Source of the DNA: an uncultured Verrucomicrobiae bacterium
GTDB lineage: Bacteria > Verrucomicrobiota > Verrucomicrobiia > Chthoniobacterales > UBA10450
Assembly (NCBI GenBank): GCA_963815455.1
Contig: CAWFGO010000001.1
Span: forward strand, 1,088,001-1,152,000
Reading direction: 5' to 3'
DNA: 64,000 nucleotides
In this document: positions 1-9,714 of the stretch, one piece after another
How positions within the stretch are numbered: position 1 is the first letter of the stretch
How the letters are laid out: every line of letters starts with the position of its first letter
Position numbers and translations under genes: made by a program
Notes under the pieces: model-generated
Told to the model about the DNA's origin: nothing
Database searches by the model: none
What the model saw: only the letters and a program-made list of their open reading frames with translations

Positions 1-105
1 ACCCGGCGCGACGAAGTCGAGCAATTGCGCGAAGATTTCAACGGCTTCTTCATTGCCGATCCATCCGGCGTGGTCCATCTCGTCGTCGGCCCCGAGGAAG
101 CCTGA
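1..105 (+). CDS. 3' end of a gene truncated by the window edge
   Basis: Frame 1 is open from base 1 (TRRDEVEQLREDFNGFFIADPSGVVHLVVGPEEA) to TGA at 103-105, convergent with the next gene. Confidence 0.4.
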   Translation, partial: TRRDEVEQLREDFNGFFIADPSGVVHLVVGPEEA

Positions 106-124
106 CAAACTTGGATTTTCGATC

Positions 125-652
125 CTAAACCCGGCGACCCATGATGGTGAGGTCGCGCTCGACCCCGTCGAGGCGAGCCACTCCCGGCAACAAGCCCCAG
201 CGCTCGAACCCGAGGCGCTCGAACAATCGCAAGCTCGGTTCGTTGTGGGCGAAGATGAGGCCGACCATCGCGGAGATTTCCAGAGAAGGCGCGCGGCCAA
301 TGGCCTCCTCCAATAATGCCCGGGCAATCCCGCGCCGCTGAAATTTTTCATCGACATAGACGCTCAACTCCACCGTGCCTGCATAGGCGCACCGGGGCAG
401 AAAACTCTTGAAATTCAGCCAGCCGGCAACCCGACCATCGACCTCGGCGACCCAAAACGGATGGCAATCCGGCGTATGTTCGCCCAACCAGTCGCGCCGG
501 CTTTCCACCGTAATCCGATCGAGCTGGGCCGTAGCCGTCCGGGTGGCAATGCCCGCGTTGTAGATCTCGATAATTGCCGGCAAATCCGCGTCGGTCGCAT
601 CGCGAATCGTCGTTGTAGCCGCGGGCGCTGACCGCGGCCTCTCACTCGTCAT
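125..652 (-). CDS. GNAT N-acetyltransferase (phosphinothricin/methionine sulfoximine acetyltransferase type)
   Basis: Motifs IRDATDADLPAIIEIYN, VELSVYV, QRRGIARALL and NEPSLRLFERLGF; ATG at 652 chosen. Confidence 0.9.
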   Translation of the reverse strand: MTSERPRSAPAATTTIRDATDADLPAIIEIYNAGIATRTATAQLDRITVESRRDWLGEHTPDCHPFWVAEVDGRVAGWLNFKSFLPRCAYAGTVELSVYVDEKFQRRGIARALLEEAIGRAPSLEISAMVGLIFAHNEPSLRLFERLGFERWGLLPGVARLDGVERDLTIMGRRV

Positions 653-657
653 AGAAT

Positions 658-1512
658 TCACCCTGTCTGCAGAAGCGCGTTCTCGAACGTCGGCTGGAAC
701 GCGCCGCGGATGGTGTCGCCGATCCGAAATCGCGGGCTGAGCACCGACTGGGTGGCGCAATAAATCTCGATGTCGATCTTGCCGGCTTTTTCCAATTGTC
801 CCCGCACCGCCTCAAAAGCGAGCGCGGGCGTGTTGCAATCGCGGCTAAGGTGGCCCAGCACGACCCGCTCGATCTTTCCCGGAAGCAATTGCTCGATCAC
901 GCTCGCGGCCGCGGTATTGGAAAGATGACCGTGCCGCGATTGAATCCGCTGCTTCACCGGCCAGGGCCGATGTTTGTCGTTCTGCAAAAGTTTTTCGTCG
1001 TGATTGGTTTCGATCACAATCGTGCCCACCTCGCGCAATCGTTCCACGATCATCTTGGTGGCATAACCAAGATCGGTAATGAACCCGAGGCTGCCCGAGC
1101 CGGCATGGAATGCGAATCCCACCGGATCGACCGCGTCGTGAGGAACAGGAAAACTTTGCACCGCGATATCGCAAATCGAGAAATCCGAGCCGGTGCGAAA
1201 AATCCGCCAGTTCCGATGTCGATCCAGACCCGCGGAAGCCGGGCTGTTCCGGACCGCTTCCGCGGTTAGCGCGTTGCAATAGATCGGCACGGAAAACTTC
1301 CGGCCAAGCACTTCGAGCCCGCAGACGTGGTCCCCGTGCTCGTGGGTGAGAAGGACACCATCGAGCTGCTCCGGAGCGACGCCGCATTGATCGAGGCGCA
1401 ACACGATCTGACGCGCGCTCAGCCCGCCATCGATCAAGATCTTGCAGTGCTCGGTTGCGACCAGGGCGCTGTTTCCCGCGCTGCCGCTGCCGAGCATGGT
1501 CAAGCTGAACAC
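658..1512 (-). CDS. MBL-fold metallo-hydrolase (YycJ/PhnP-like)
   Basis: Motifs LGSGSAGN, THEHGDH, PHDA, GHLSN and GHLS. Confidence 0.9.
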   Translation of the reverse strand: MFSLTMLGSGSAGNSALVATEHCKILIDGGLSARQIVLRLDQCGVAPEQLDGVLLTHEHGDHVCGLEVLGRKFSVPIYCNALTAEAVRNSPASAGLDRHRNWRIFRTGSDFSICDIAVQSFPVPHDAVDPVGFAFHAGSGSLGFITDLGYATKMIVERLREVGTIVIETNHDEKLLQNDKHRPWPVKQRIQSRHGHLSNTAAASVIEQLLPGKIERVVLGHLSRDCNTPALAFEAVRGQLEKAGKIDIEIYCATQSVLSPRFRIGDTIRGAFQPTFENALLQTG

Positions 1513-1557
1513 TGTTCTAATTAGAGAAGGCGCGCGTTTTTAAGCAAATGGAATTTG

Positions 1558-1650
1558 AATCAGGAACGCAGGAATCAGATTGGGAAAAGGATTTCTTGGA
1601 CGGTCTCTCGATCCTCGGAGTCTTTTTCCTCTTTTCCTGCTTTCCTGATT
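1558..1650. repeat. Imperfect inverted repeat element in the divergent intergenic region
   Basis: aatcaggaacgcaggaa ... ttcctgctttcctgatt. Confidence 0.5.
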
Positions 1651-1742
1651 AGTTTTCCTTCCTGGCTTCCCGATTGTTTCTTCCAATATTGGGAGATTTT
1701 TTCGCCCGTTCGATCTTGGCTCAGGACGAGTTTTTGCTCAGA

Positions 1743-2456
1743 ATGACAAATGTCGTGAGCCCGCTCGAGGAACGAATTGGTTACAAATTTCGCAACCCGT
1801 TGTTGCTGGCGGAGGCGCTTACTCATCCCAGTCTCGGGCATGAGACCCAGCGGTATCATTTTGATAATCAGCGCCTGGAGTTTCTGGGGGATGCCGTTCT
1901 GCAACTGGTGATAACCGAATATCTCTACGGCCATTTCAGCGGCGAAGCCGAAGGCCGGCTAACCAAATTACGGTCGCGTTTGGTTTCGCGCGACACATTG
2001 AAGACGCATGCCGCCGCGCTCGATTTAGGAAGTTTTCTCTTGATGGGGCGCGGGGAAGAATCGAGCGGTGGCCGGGAGCGGGCCTCGACATTGGCCGATG
2101 GGTTCGAAGCGTTGATTGGCGCGATCTATCTCGACAGCGACCTGGACACGGCGAAGAAGTTTATTCTCGATCAAGCCCGGGCCGATCTCGACCAGATCGC
2201 GGAGGAGCCGGTCGACATTAATCCCAAGGGACATTTGCAGGAATTATTGCAAAGCATTTCGCCGCAAAGTCCGGTTTACGAATTGATCTCGCAAACCGGC
2301 CCGGAGCACGAAAAGACATTTATCTCACGCGTGACCTGGGAGGGAATAGTCCTTGGCCAGGGCAGCGGCCGGAGCAAGAAACAGGCGGAAACGGCCGCGG
2401 CGGTCGAAGCGATGGAGTTAAAGCGTTGGGAAAAAACCGGCCGGCCGGATCAGTAA
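1743..2456 (+). CDS. rnc: Ribonuclease III
   Basis: RNase III signature NQRLEFLGDAVL, ADGFEALIGAIYLD, and a C-terminal dsRBD (NPKGHLQE...GRSKKQAE). Confidence 0.97.
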   Translation: MTNVVSPLEERIGYKFRNPLLLAEALTHPSLGHETQRYHFDNQRLEFLGDAVLQLVITEYLYGHFSGEAEGRLTKLRSRLVSRDTLKTHAAALDLGSFLLMGRGEESSGGRERASTLADGFEALIGAIYLDSDLDTAKKFILDQARADLDQIAEEPVDINPKGHLQELLQSISPQSPVYELISQTGPEHEKTFISRVTWEGIVLGQGSGRSKKQAETAAAVEAMELKRWEKTGRPDQ

Positions 2457-2535
2457 ATCTGGAGAGACATCACGACCGGGCAGGGCGCGAGTTTGTAACG
2501 CGCGCGGCAGGGATCTGGTGACCGAATGCCAGTTC

Positions 2536-2566
2536 TGTCATCCCGAGCGGAGCGAGGGACCTCACA
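2536..2566. repeat. Left half of a family-A palindromic element
   Basis: tgtcatcccgagcggagcgagggacctc matches the left arms at 7437, 10440 and 12882; no right arm found. Confidence 0.7.
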
Positions 2567-2638
2567 GTCGCACGTCACCGATCCAAGCCTTTCTGAAAGC
2601 TGGGTCGCATGGTTGCTTGCGCCACAATCAGCTGATTT

Positions 2639-3463
2639 TTATTCGGCGCGCGATAAATGGTTGAGGGCGTCGAGCGTCTTCCCGGCGGACGATGTCCACC
2701 GGAAATGCCGTTGTATGGACGATGTGACAAATTTCTTGGCACGACCGACGGCGTCTTCGAGAGTCAACCCGGAAGCCAGCCCGGCCGTAATCGCCGCGGA
2801 ATAAGTGCAGCCGGTGCCGTGGGTCGCCACGCCGGGAACAAACGGCTCGGTGAATTCGGTCAGCTTACCATTCGCAAAAAGCAGATCGGTCGCGTCGTTA
2901 CCCGCCAGATGTCCGCCCTTGAGCAGGATCGACACACGATATTTCCGCGCCAAATCGCGGGCGGCTTTCTCCATCGATTGTCGATCATTGATTTTCCGGC
3001 GGAGAAGTTTGCCGGCTTCATCGAGGTTTGGTGTGATCAGCGTGGCTAACGGAAACAATTTTGATTCGTAAATCTTGATCGCGGCTGGCTTCAAAAGAAC
3101 GTCGCCGCTGGTTGCAATCATTACCGGATCGATCACCAGCGAAACGCCTTGCTTCGTCCGGGCAAGATCGACAATCGCCGCCGCAACCACTTTGACAATT
3201 TCAGCCGAGCAAAGTAGGCCGGTCTTGATCGCGGCGATCGGAAAATTCTTCGCGAGCACATCGATTTGCTCACGCACAATCTTCGCGCGGACCGGCTCGA
3301 TCCGGGCAACTTTTCCCGGTGTCTCCGCGACCACACAGGTCACGGCCGTCAATCCGTAAACGCCCAGCGCGCTGAATGTTTTCAAGTCCGCTTGCAGGCC
3401 CGCGCCGGCGCTGCTGTCCGATCCGGCGATCGTGAGTGCGACCGGGATTTCGGGATTCGGCAT
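2639..3463 (-). CDS. thiD: Hydroxymethylpyrimidine/phosphomethylpyrimidine kinase
   Basis: Motifs LTIAGSDSSAGAGLQADLKTF, DPVM, TPNLDEA, LLKGGH and THGTGCT. Confidence 0.96.
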   Translation of the reverse strand: MPNPEIPVALTIAGSDSSAGAGLQADLKTFSALGVYGLTAVTCVVAETPGKVARIEPVRAKIVREQIDVLAKNFPIAAIKTGLLCSAEIVKVVAAAIVDLARTKQGVSLVIDPVMIATSGDVLLKPAAIKIYESKLFPLATLITPNLDEAGKLLRRKINDRQSMEKAARDLARKYRVSILLKGGHLAGNDATDLLFANGKLTEFTEPFVPGVATHGTGCTYSAAITAGLASGLTLEDAVGRAKKFVTSSIQRHFRWTSSAGKTLDALNHLSRAE

Positions 3464-3501
3464 CGAAGGGGGCCCCGAAAGCATCCGGGGCTGCTACGAA
3501 A

Positions 3502-3735
3502 CTAAGCGCCGTCGCTGCCGATGGCTTCGACGGGGCAACCTTCCATCGCTTCTTTGCAGAGAGCTTCTTCCTCGGGGGTCTCCGCTTGCTTGTAAACGTA
3601 GGAATGGCCGCCATCGTCATTACGTTTAAAATTGGCCGGCGCGGTCTCGCGACAGAGATCACAATCGATGCATTGATCATCGACATAAAATTTTCCCGCT
3701 ACGTTTTCGGCGTATTTGTTTGCAGCATCAGCCAT
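3502..3735 (-). CDS. Ferredoxin (4Fe-4S)
   Basis: CIDCDLC...CP cysteine pattern in a 77-aa protein. Confidence 0.93.
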   Translation of the reverse strand: MADAANKYAENVAGKFYVDDQCIDCDLCRETAPANFKRNDDGGHSYVYKQAETPEEEALCKEAMEGCPVEAIGSDGA

Positions 3736-3863
3736 GGTTTGCCCCGGTCAAAAGCGAAGTGGAACGTTAGGAAGAAATGCCTCCCAGGCAATAGAATTTG
3801 CACGTTGACGATTCCCAACGCAACCGGCAGAGAGAGGCTGAACGAATTGAACTCGAACGGTAG

Positions 3864-4109
3864 ATGAAAAAGGAAGCGCTCAAAACATTTCGAGCATTTG
3901 CGATTGAGCTGGTGGTCTACGCCGTTCTGGTAGTGGCTTATTTCTTTCTGGTGCTCCATTTGCTAGGCGGCTGGCTCCACCGCCTGCAAGGCGAACACCG
4001 GTATTTTTATGCCACTGTCGCGATCCTGCTGATCATTGGTCAGGCCGTGGTCTTGGAAAGCGTCACAACCTTTCTGATGCGTCTTCTACGGGGCGGCCGT
4101 TCGGAGTAA
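3864..4109 (+). CDS. Small two-TM membrane protein
   Basis: Two hydrophobic helices; first gene of a tight operon. Confidence 0.7.
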   Translation: MKKEALKTFRAFAIELVVYAVLVVAYFFLVLHLLGGWLHRLQGEHRYFYATVAILLIIGQAVVLESVTTFLMRLLRGGRSE

Positions 4110-4113
4110 GCCG

Positions 4114-5016
4114 ATGTTTTTCCCAATCTCTCACTCCCATATCAGTCCAGTTTATCTGGTCATTGTCGGGTTTCTAATTGGGATAATGGGCGGGTTCTTC
4201 GGCGTGGGTGGCAGCTTCATTGCCGGTCCGGCTTTGCGCGCCGTCGGATTGGACTGGAATTTCGCGGTGGGGACCGATCTCGCCCATATCGTCGGCAAAT
4301 CGGTGGTGGCGGCGAAACGGCATCGGGCGCTTGGCAATGTCGATCTTAAACTCGGATTGATCATGGCCCTCGGAACGATCGGCGGGGCCGAAGCCGGCGC
4401 GCAGGTGATTCAAGCCCTGAAACGCGCCGGGAACGTCAATCTGGTCGTAAGCATCGTCTCGATTGTAGTCTACGTGAGTATTTCGTTCTTCATGTTTTGG
4501 GAGAGCAGGAAAACTTTGGCTTCACGAAAAGGGAAGAAAGCATCGACCAAGGATCATTCCGCGTTAAAGCCGATGACGCGGGCGATTCAACGCCTGAACA
4601 TCGGGCCCATGGTTTCGCTGCCCGTTTCGGGAATCAAAGGCATTTCCCTTTGGGTCATACTCGTAGTTTCCTTTGTCGGTGGATTGTTCAGCGGTTTCCT
4701 GGGGGGCGGCGCGGGATACATTCGGATGCCGTTGATGGTTTACGTGCTCGGGATTCCCACCCATCTGGCGGTCGGCACGGATCTGTTTGAAATCATTATC
4801 TCAGCCAGCTACGGAACCTTCAGCCACGCCGTCAAAGGCAACGTCGATATCCTGATTGCGCTGGTGATGAATACCGGCGCGGCCATAGGCGCGCAGATCG
4901 GCGCGATCTCGACCCAGTATTTTACCGGGCCGAAAATTCGGCTGGCTTTCGTCCCGCTGCCAATGATCGGGGCAGCCATTGTCATTTACACCCTGGTTTC
5001 CGGCCACAAACTGTAA
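4114..5016 (+). CDS. Sulfite exporter TauE/SafE family protein
   Basis: Duplicated GFFGVGG/GFLGGGAG and AVGTDL motifs; multiple TM segments. Confidence 0.9.
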   Translation: MFFPISHSHISPVYLVIVGFLIGIMGGFFGVGGSFIAGPALRAVGLDWNFAVGTDLAHIVGKSVVAAKRHRALGNVDLKLGLIMALGTIGGAEAGAQVIQALKRAGNVNLVVSIVSIVVYVSISFFMFWESRKTLASRKGKKASTKDHSALKPMTRAIQRLNIGPMVSLPVSGIKGISLWVILVVSFVGGLFSGFLGGGAGYIRMPLMVYVLGIPTHLAVGTDLFEIIISASYGTFSHAVKGNVDILIALVMNTGAAIGAQIGAISTQYFTGPKIRLAFVPLPMIGAAIVIYTLVSGHKL

Positions 5017-5024
5017 TTCATCCA

Positions 5025-5909
5025 ATGAAGATTCTGATCTGCAGCGATGGAACGTCCACCGCCGAAAGCGCTATCCGGCTCGGGGAATCGCTGGCTGCGC
5101 CGCTCCGGGCCGAAACCATGCTCCTGGGCATTGCTGAAACCGCAGATGATGAGGCCCAGCTGCGCGAGACCCTCGAAAAACAATCGGCATCTTTACGGGG
5201 AAGCGGCGTCGCATTCCAAACGGTTGTGCAGTCCGGCGAACCCGTTCGACAAATTGTCGATCAAACATCGAAAACGAATTTCGATCTCGTGGTCATCGGC
5301 GCGCGATGGACTGGCGCGAGCGGGCCCTACTGGCGCTCGGCTAAGACCTACGACGTAATCAAATCGATCGTGCCGCCGGTATTGGTCGCGATTGGCGAAC
5401 AGAAACAACTGAAACGTTTTCTCGTCTGCACCGGTGGAAAAGAATTTATCGGGCAGGCGGTGCAACTCACCGGAAGACTCGCGGCTGCGGTTGGCGCCTC
5501 GGTCACATTACTTCACGTCATGGCCGAGCCGCCGGCCATGTATGCAGATCTCGTGGACATGGAGGAAGATGTCGAGCAACTCCTCGGATCGACATCGGAG
5601 CTGGGAATGAATTTGAGCCAGCAAAAAAAGGAACTCGAACGCCTGGGCGTGAAGGCAGAGGTCCGTCTTCGGCACGGCATCGTGATCGACCAGGTTTTCG
5701 AAGAAGCACTCCAGGGCGACTACAGTTTGATCGTAACCGGCACATCGCACGCGCGCGGCTTGGTCGGACATTATATCATGGGCGATCTTACCCGCAGCAT
5801 CTTGAACCGGGCGCATTGCCCCGTTCTGGTGGCGCGCCCGGGGAAAGCGAAAAGCGGACGCACTCTTTTCGGCGCGTTCCGGCAACTATTCGGTCCACGG
5901 ACCACGTAG
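5025..5909 (+). CDS. Tandem universal stress protein
   Basis: Two USP domains (ILICSDG...DLVVIGA; FLVCTGG...LIVTGT...CPVLV). Confidence 0.9.
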   Translation: MKILICSDGTSTAESAIRLGESLAAPLRAETMLLGIAETADDEAQLRETLEKQSASLRGSGVAFQTVVQSGEPVRQIVDQTSKTNFDLVVIGARWTGASGPYWRSAKTYDVIKSIVPPVLVAIGEQKQLKRFLVCTGGKEFIGQAVQLTGRLAAAVGASVTLLHVMAEPPAMYADLVDMEEDVEQLLGSTSELGMNLSQQKKELERLGVKAEVRLRHGIVIDQVFEEALQGDYSLIVTGTSHARGLVGHYIMGDLTRSILNRAHCPVLVARPGKAKSGRTLFGAFRQLFGPRTT

Positions 5910-5953
5910 AGCGGCGCTTGCGCGAGGGTTCGGAGGCGTTATTCTGCGAAACC

Positions 5954-6487
5954 ATGACGAACCAATCTTCCTCCCTCCATCGACATTTTCTCAACTCAAT
6001 CTGGCCGGTTGCGGCGCTTGTCCTGTTCCTCAGCGCAACCGGGTGCGCAAAAAAGGGAGGCGGCCAGGGGGCCGGTTCGACCGGTGACTACGTAAGCGGC
6101 ACGCCACTGCCCGAACGCCGGGAAGGCACCTCGTTTTTCGGCGGCAACGTCGAGCGCGGACAATTCCAGCCGATCTATTTCGATTTCGACAGCCAATCGA
6201 TTCGCGGCTCTGAAACTGGAAAAATTCAGGAAATCGCCGATTCCATTAAAAACGGCGGGACCGAAATTATCATCGCCGGGTTCACCGACGAGCGCGGAAC
6301 GGCCGAATACAATCGCGGCCTGGGCGATCGTCGCGCGGGCGCGGTTCGCGAAGCTTTGATTTCGCAGGGAGCAGACGCCGGCCGAATCCAGACGGTGAGT
6401 TTCGGTATGGAAATGCCCGCCGATTCAGGTCACAGCGAATCGGCCTGGGCAAAAAATCGCCGCGCCGAAGTCGGCGTGATAAAGTAG
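5954..6487 (+). CDS. OmpA/Pal-family peptidoglycan-associated lipoprotein
   Basis: Lipobox LSATGC; IYFDFD, GFTDERGTAEYNRGLGDRRA and WAKNRRAE. Confidence 0.9.
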   Translation: MTNQSSSLHRHFLNSIWPVAALVLFLSATGCAKKGGGQGAGSTGDYVSGTPLPERREGTSFFGGNVERGQFQPIYFDFDSQSIRGSETGKIQEIADSIKNGGTEIIIAGFTDERGTAEYNRGLGDRRAGAVREALISQGADAGRIQTVSFGMEMPADSGHSESAWAKNRRAEVGVIK

Positions 6488-6594
6488 CGCGATTGTAAAT
6501 CCGAGGGTTGTAGGGCGTCTGTGTCAGACGCCAGTCCAAGTGTCGAGGCGCTTGTGCCGGGGGCCCAGGAGTGCAATCTTTTGCCCGCTCAAAC

Positions 6595-6667
<73 letters not shown>

Positions 6668-6682
6668 CTCTCTTTGCATTCA

Positions 6683-6720
6683 TTGGACGTTAAGCGTTGA
6701 GCGTTGGACGTTGGACGTTT
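6683..6720. repeat. Heptamer tandem repeat (ttggacg/ttgagcg), same family as 16993-17076
   Basis: ttggacg ttaagcg ttgagcg ttggacg ttggacg tt. Confidence 0.75.
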
Positions 6721-6730
6721 AACGAACGCC

Positions 6731-7426
6731 ATGCCAACGGTCTCGATCATCGTTCCCACTTTCAACGAGGCGGAAAATATCGCGTCGCTGGTGTCGCAGA
6801 TTGTTGCTGCCGGCGTCCCGATTCGGGAGATTCTCTTTGTCGATGGTGGTTCGACCGATGGAACGCTTGATGCCATTCGAGCGGCCGCGACAAATCATCC
6901 GGTCCGGTTGATCGAACAGGATCCCAACGCGCCCGGCCTGGCCGAGGCGATCATGACCGGCGCACATGCTGCCGAAAGCGACATCCTGGTGGTGATGGAT
7001 GCGGATCTCAGCCATCCGCCGGAGCGGATCAAAGATTTGCTCGATCCACTGTTCGCGGACGCGGTCGATATGACCATCGGCAGTCGCTATGTGCCCGGCG
7101 GATCAACACCGGGCTGGCCGCTCTGGCGACGAATAATGTCGCGCGCTGCTTCGGCGCTGGCATATCCACTCACCGGTGTTCGCGATTCAATGTGCGGATT
7201 CTTTGCCATCTCGCGTTCACGATTACTGGCCATCGCGCCGCCCACCAGCGGTTTCAAAATCGTTTTCGAAACCATCGTCCGCGGTGGAAGCGAGTTGCGG
7301 GTGCGCGAAGTTCCAATCGCTTTTCGCGATCGCGCCCGAGGCAAATCGAAAATGTCTTTCGGGGTTGCCCTAAAATTCTTCTTCCGATGGTTGATCGCGA
7401 TATTGCGGCATCCGTTTCGCGGATAA
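6731..7426 (+). CDS. GT2 polyprenol monophosphomannose synthase (DPM1-like)
   Basis: Motifs SIIVPTFNE, VDGGSTDGT, MDADLSHPP, GSRYVPGG and FRDRARGKSK. Confidence 0.88.
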   Translation: MPTVSIIVPTFNEAENIASLVSQIVAAGVPIREILFVDGGSTDGTLDAIRAAATNHPVRLIEQDPNAPGLAEAIMTGAHAAESDILVVMDADLSHPPERIKDLLDPLFADAVDMTIGSRYVPGGSTPGWPLWRRIMSRAASALAYPLTGVRDSMCGFFAISRSRLLAIAPPTSGFKIVFETIVRGGSELRVREVPIAFRDRARGKSKMSFGVALKFFFRWLIAILRHPFRG

Positions 7427-7436
7427 TCGACAACTC

Positions 7437-7529
7437 GTCATCCCGAGCGACGTCGAGGGGTCCCGTTTTGCTACCTTTAAGGTAGCATCGCGAGATCCTT
7501 CGACTTCGCTTCGCTCCGCTCAGGATGAC
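7437..7529. repeat. Family-A palindromic element (REP/MITE-like)
   Basis: gtcatcccgagcgacgtcgaggggtcccg ... cgagatccttcgacttcgct...gctcaggatgac between convergent genes. Confidence 0.85.
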
Positions 7530-7556
7530 CGGTGGCGGAGACGTGTATTTGGTATT

Positions 7557-9014
7557 TCACAGCACCGGCCGCGCTTTGTGCCAATCGGTGCTCTGCTCGT
7601 AAGCGTGGGCGATTTGCAGGAGGCGCGCTTCATCGAGTGCCTGGCCGAGAAATTGCAGCCCGACCGGAAGCTGATGGCCGTTCACTTTGGCGAAGCCGCA
7701 GGGAACGCTGATACCGCAGATGCCGGCGAGATTGGCCGCGTTGGTGAAAATGTCGGCCAGATACATTTTCAGAGGATCGGCGGTGCGTTCGCCCAGCTTG
7801 AAAGCGGTCTCGGATGTGGTGGGTGAAACGAGCGCGTCCACTTTTTCAAATGCCCTGGCGAAATCCTGCCGAATAAGTTCTCTCACCTTTTGGGCGCGCA
7901 CGTAATAGGCGTCGTAATACCCGGAGCTGAGAACGTAAGTCCCAAGAATGATCCGGCGTTTCACTTCCGGGCCAAAACCTTCTTCGCGGGTGCGACCGTA
8001 AAAATCGACCAGGTCTTTCGGGTTTTCGGCGCGATGCCCGTAACGCACACCGTCAAATCGCGCCAGGTTCGCGGAGGCCTCGGCCGTGGCAATGATGTAA
8101 TACGTGGCCACCGCGTACTCGGTGTGCGGCATCGAAACAAAAACGATTTCCACGCCGAGCGATTGCAAATGAGCGATGGCGTCGTTCACCGCCCGTTTTA
8201 CCTGAGCATCAATTCCGTCGACCAGGTACTCTTTGGGCACGCCAAGCTTGATCCCGCGCAGATCGCGTCCAAGCGCGGCGGTGTAATCCGGGACTGGCCT
8301 ATCGAGTGCGGTGCTGTCGTTCGGATCGAGTCCGGCAATCGCCTTCAACAACAGCGCAGCGTCGCGCACCGTCTTGGTCAAAGGTCCAACTTGATCGAGC
8401 GACGAGGCGAATGCCGTCACGCCGAAGCGCGAGACGCGACCATAAGTTGGCTTGAGGCCGACCACTCCGGAAATGGCCGCCGGTTCGCGAACCGAGCCGC
8501 CGGTGTCGGTGCCGAGCGCACCAATCGCTTCGTCGGCTGCGACCGCGGCGGCGGAACCGCCGCTCGACCCGCCCGGCACGCGAGATAAATCCCACGGGTT
8601 ACGCGTCGGCCCGACACTCGAATTTTCCGTGGACGAGCCCATGGCGAACTCGTCCAGGTTGGTTTTGCCGAACGGGATCGCGCCGGCCGCGCGCAATTTG
8701 CGGATCACGGTCGCGTCGTAGGGCGCCCGGTAATTGGCCAGAATCTTTGAAGCGCACGTACACGGTTGCCCGGCCACGTTGATCATGTCCTTGATCGCGA
8801 TCGGTACACCGCCCAGTGGAAGATCGACATCGGCCTTGTCCGCCTCTTTCAATGCGGCCTCGAAATCGATTGATAAGTAGGCGCTGATCTTTGGATCGAC
8901 ATCGTCGATGCGGACGCGCATCGCTTCGATCACCTCGCGCGGCGCCACCTCGCGGCGGCGCAAAAGAGACTGAAGATCGGCGATGTTGAGCGCCGGCAGA
9001 TCTGGCCGGCTCAT
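7557..9014 (-). CDS. gatA: Asp/Glu-tRNA amidotransferase subunit A
   Basis: Amidase signature GKTNLDEFAMGSSTENS, PGGSSGGSAAAV and EGFGPEVKRRIILGT. Confidence 0.97.
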   Translation of the reverse strand: MSRPDLPALNIADLQSLLRRREVAPREVIEAMRVRIDDVDPKISAYLSIDFEAALKEADKADVDLPLGGVPIAIKDMINVAGQPCTCASKILANYRAPYDATVIRKLRAAGAIPFGKTNLDEFAMGSSTENSSVGPTRNPWDLSRVPGGSSGGSAAAVAADEAIGALGTDTGGSVREPAAISGVVGLKPTYGRVSRFGVTAFASSLDQVGPLTKTVRDAALLLKAIAGLDPNDSTALDRPVPDYTAALGRDLRGIKLGVPKEYLVDGIDAQVKRAVNDAIAHLQSLGVEIVFVSMPHTEYAVATYYIIATAEASANLARFDGVRYGHRAENPKDLVDFYGRTREEGFGPEVKRRIILGTYVLSSGYYDAYYVRAQKVRELIRQDFARAFEKVDALVSPTTSETAFKLGERTADPLKMYLADIFTNAANLAGICGISVPCGFAKVNGHQLPVGLQFLGQALDEARLLQIAHAYEQSTDWHKARPVL

Positions 9015-9340
9015 TCGACGACTTTGGGGACGATGAACAGGTTGTTCGGTCCGGGCTCTCCACGGCGAGTCTGCGACCGGACCGGCATATTACGGGGCGC
9101 GTTGCTCAATGCCTCCTCAGCCGTGAACCAATCGCGCGGTTCGTCTTCGCGAAACACATCGAAAATCGGAATTGCGTGTGCGGCCGGTTCCACCCCGGTT
9201 ACATCGACGCCGCGCAATTTGTCCGCGTATTTCAGAACGTGGTCGAGTTGTTTCTGGAAAAGCGTCGTTTCCGCTTCGGTCAAATTGAGTCGCGCCAGTC
9301 GCGCGACGTAGATCACATCGAGATCGGACGCTTGCGCCAT
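9011..9340 (-). CDS. gatC: Asp/Glu-tRNA amidotransferase subunit C
   Basis: YVARLARL...VDVTGVEP...FRED...LSNAP...FIVPKVVE; ATGA overlap with gatA. Confidence 0.93.
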   Translation of the reverse strand: MAQASDLDVIYVARLARLNLTEAETTLFQKQLDHVLKYADKLRGVDVTGVEPAAHAIPIFDVFREDEPRDWFTAEEALSNAPRNMPVRSQTRRGEPGPNNLFIVPKVVE

Positions 9341-9342
9341 TA

Positions 9343-9708
9343 CTAAAACCGCAAATGAGTGATCAGCCAGATCACCGCCACGGCCAGGGCCAGCACGAGC
9401 ACCAGAAAAATGATCCGGCCTTCGCGCCGTTGTTTTCTTAGGGATCCTCGCCGCCTCGGCGCACTTCCAGCAAGGCCATAACGTCTATCCTGGAGGGCAA
9501 GGGACACATCGAGCCGGCTGCCGCCTTCGTTCGCGCGCATCAGCAATTCCTCGCGCTGACGCCGGGATAATTCCTCGGCCACACGGGGCGCATTCTCGAT
9601 CATGCGCTCGAGCTTTGCCATCTGATCGCGCAGCTCCGATTCGCGACGCGCCAGGTCTCCTTTGCTCTGATCGAGCGCAGTAGCCGATTTACTCCAGCGA
9701 CGAAGCAT
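9343..9708 (-). CDS. Hypothetical coiled-coil protein with a C-terminal TM
   Basis: ORF tightly packed in the operon; C-terminal hydrophobic helix. Confidence 0.65.
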   Translation of the reverse strand: MLRRWSKSATALDQSKGDLARRESELRDQMAKLERMIENAPRVAEELSRRQREELLMRANEGGSRLDVSLALQDRRYGLAGSAPRRRGSLRKQRREGRIIFLVLVLALAVAVIWLITHLRF

Positions 9709-9714
9709 GAAGGA

